From assembly GCF_050320075.1 (NCBI RefSeq), contig NZ_CP190018.1: a DNA stretch of 64,000 bases, one strand, 5' to 3'. Numbering within the stretch: the first letter of the stretch is position 1; every line of letters starts with the position of its first letter. The position numbers were made by a program, and so were the translations under genes. Under the pieces are notes generated by a model. It saw only the letters and a list, made by a program, of their open reading frames with translations. It had not been told where the DNA came from and ran no database searches. This DNA is from Escherichia coli. Lineage in GTDB: Bacteria > Pseudomonadota > Gammaproteobacteria > Enterobacterales > Enterobacteriaceae. Below are positions 63,219 through 64,000 of this stretch, piece after piece.

Positions 63219-63274
63219 GTCATTCTGATTAATTTTCGAATTGTCGTTTTTGTGATCGTTATCTCGACATTTAA

Positions 63275-64000
<726 letters not shown>

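Overview
The window reads as an Escherichia coli chromosomal segment, colinear (in reverse orientation) with the K-12 preT–gatY region but not K-12-identical. All calls come from reading the six-frame translations and the DNA by eye; no database search or alignment was run, and comparisons to K-12 are from memory. Gene order: preT (5' part), an ERIC repeat, IS1 inserted in the 3' end of yeiS, sanA, cdd, yohK, yohJ, dusC, yohP, mdtQ (intact), yohF, yohD, yohC, pbpG, dld, bglX, osmF-yehY-yehX-yehW, yohO, mlrA, btsS-btsR, yehS, yehR, then a 19-kb unidirectional minus-strand block (yehQ, yehP, yehM, yehL, yehK, yehI and two tandem 1264/1265-aa MolR-family genes), metG, apbC, fimbrial yehE and yehDCBA, rcnB-rcnA/rcnR, TPP riboswitch-thiM-thiD, yegX, yegW, yegV, yegU, yegT, fbaB, an IS200-like element, and the start of gatY. 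The best candidate for an undescribed system is the yeh block: a MoxR-type AAA+ ATPase, a VWA protein, a two-SWIM zinc-finger protein and three giant WGR/MolR-family paralogues, with both yehL (frameshift) and yehM (in-frame TAG) disrupted here. A compact promoter–small ORF–terminator unit sits between yehK and yehL. No CRISPR array, tRNA or rRNA gene was recognised.
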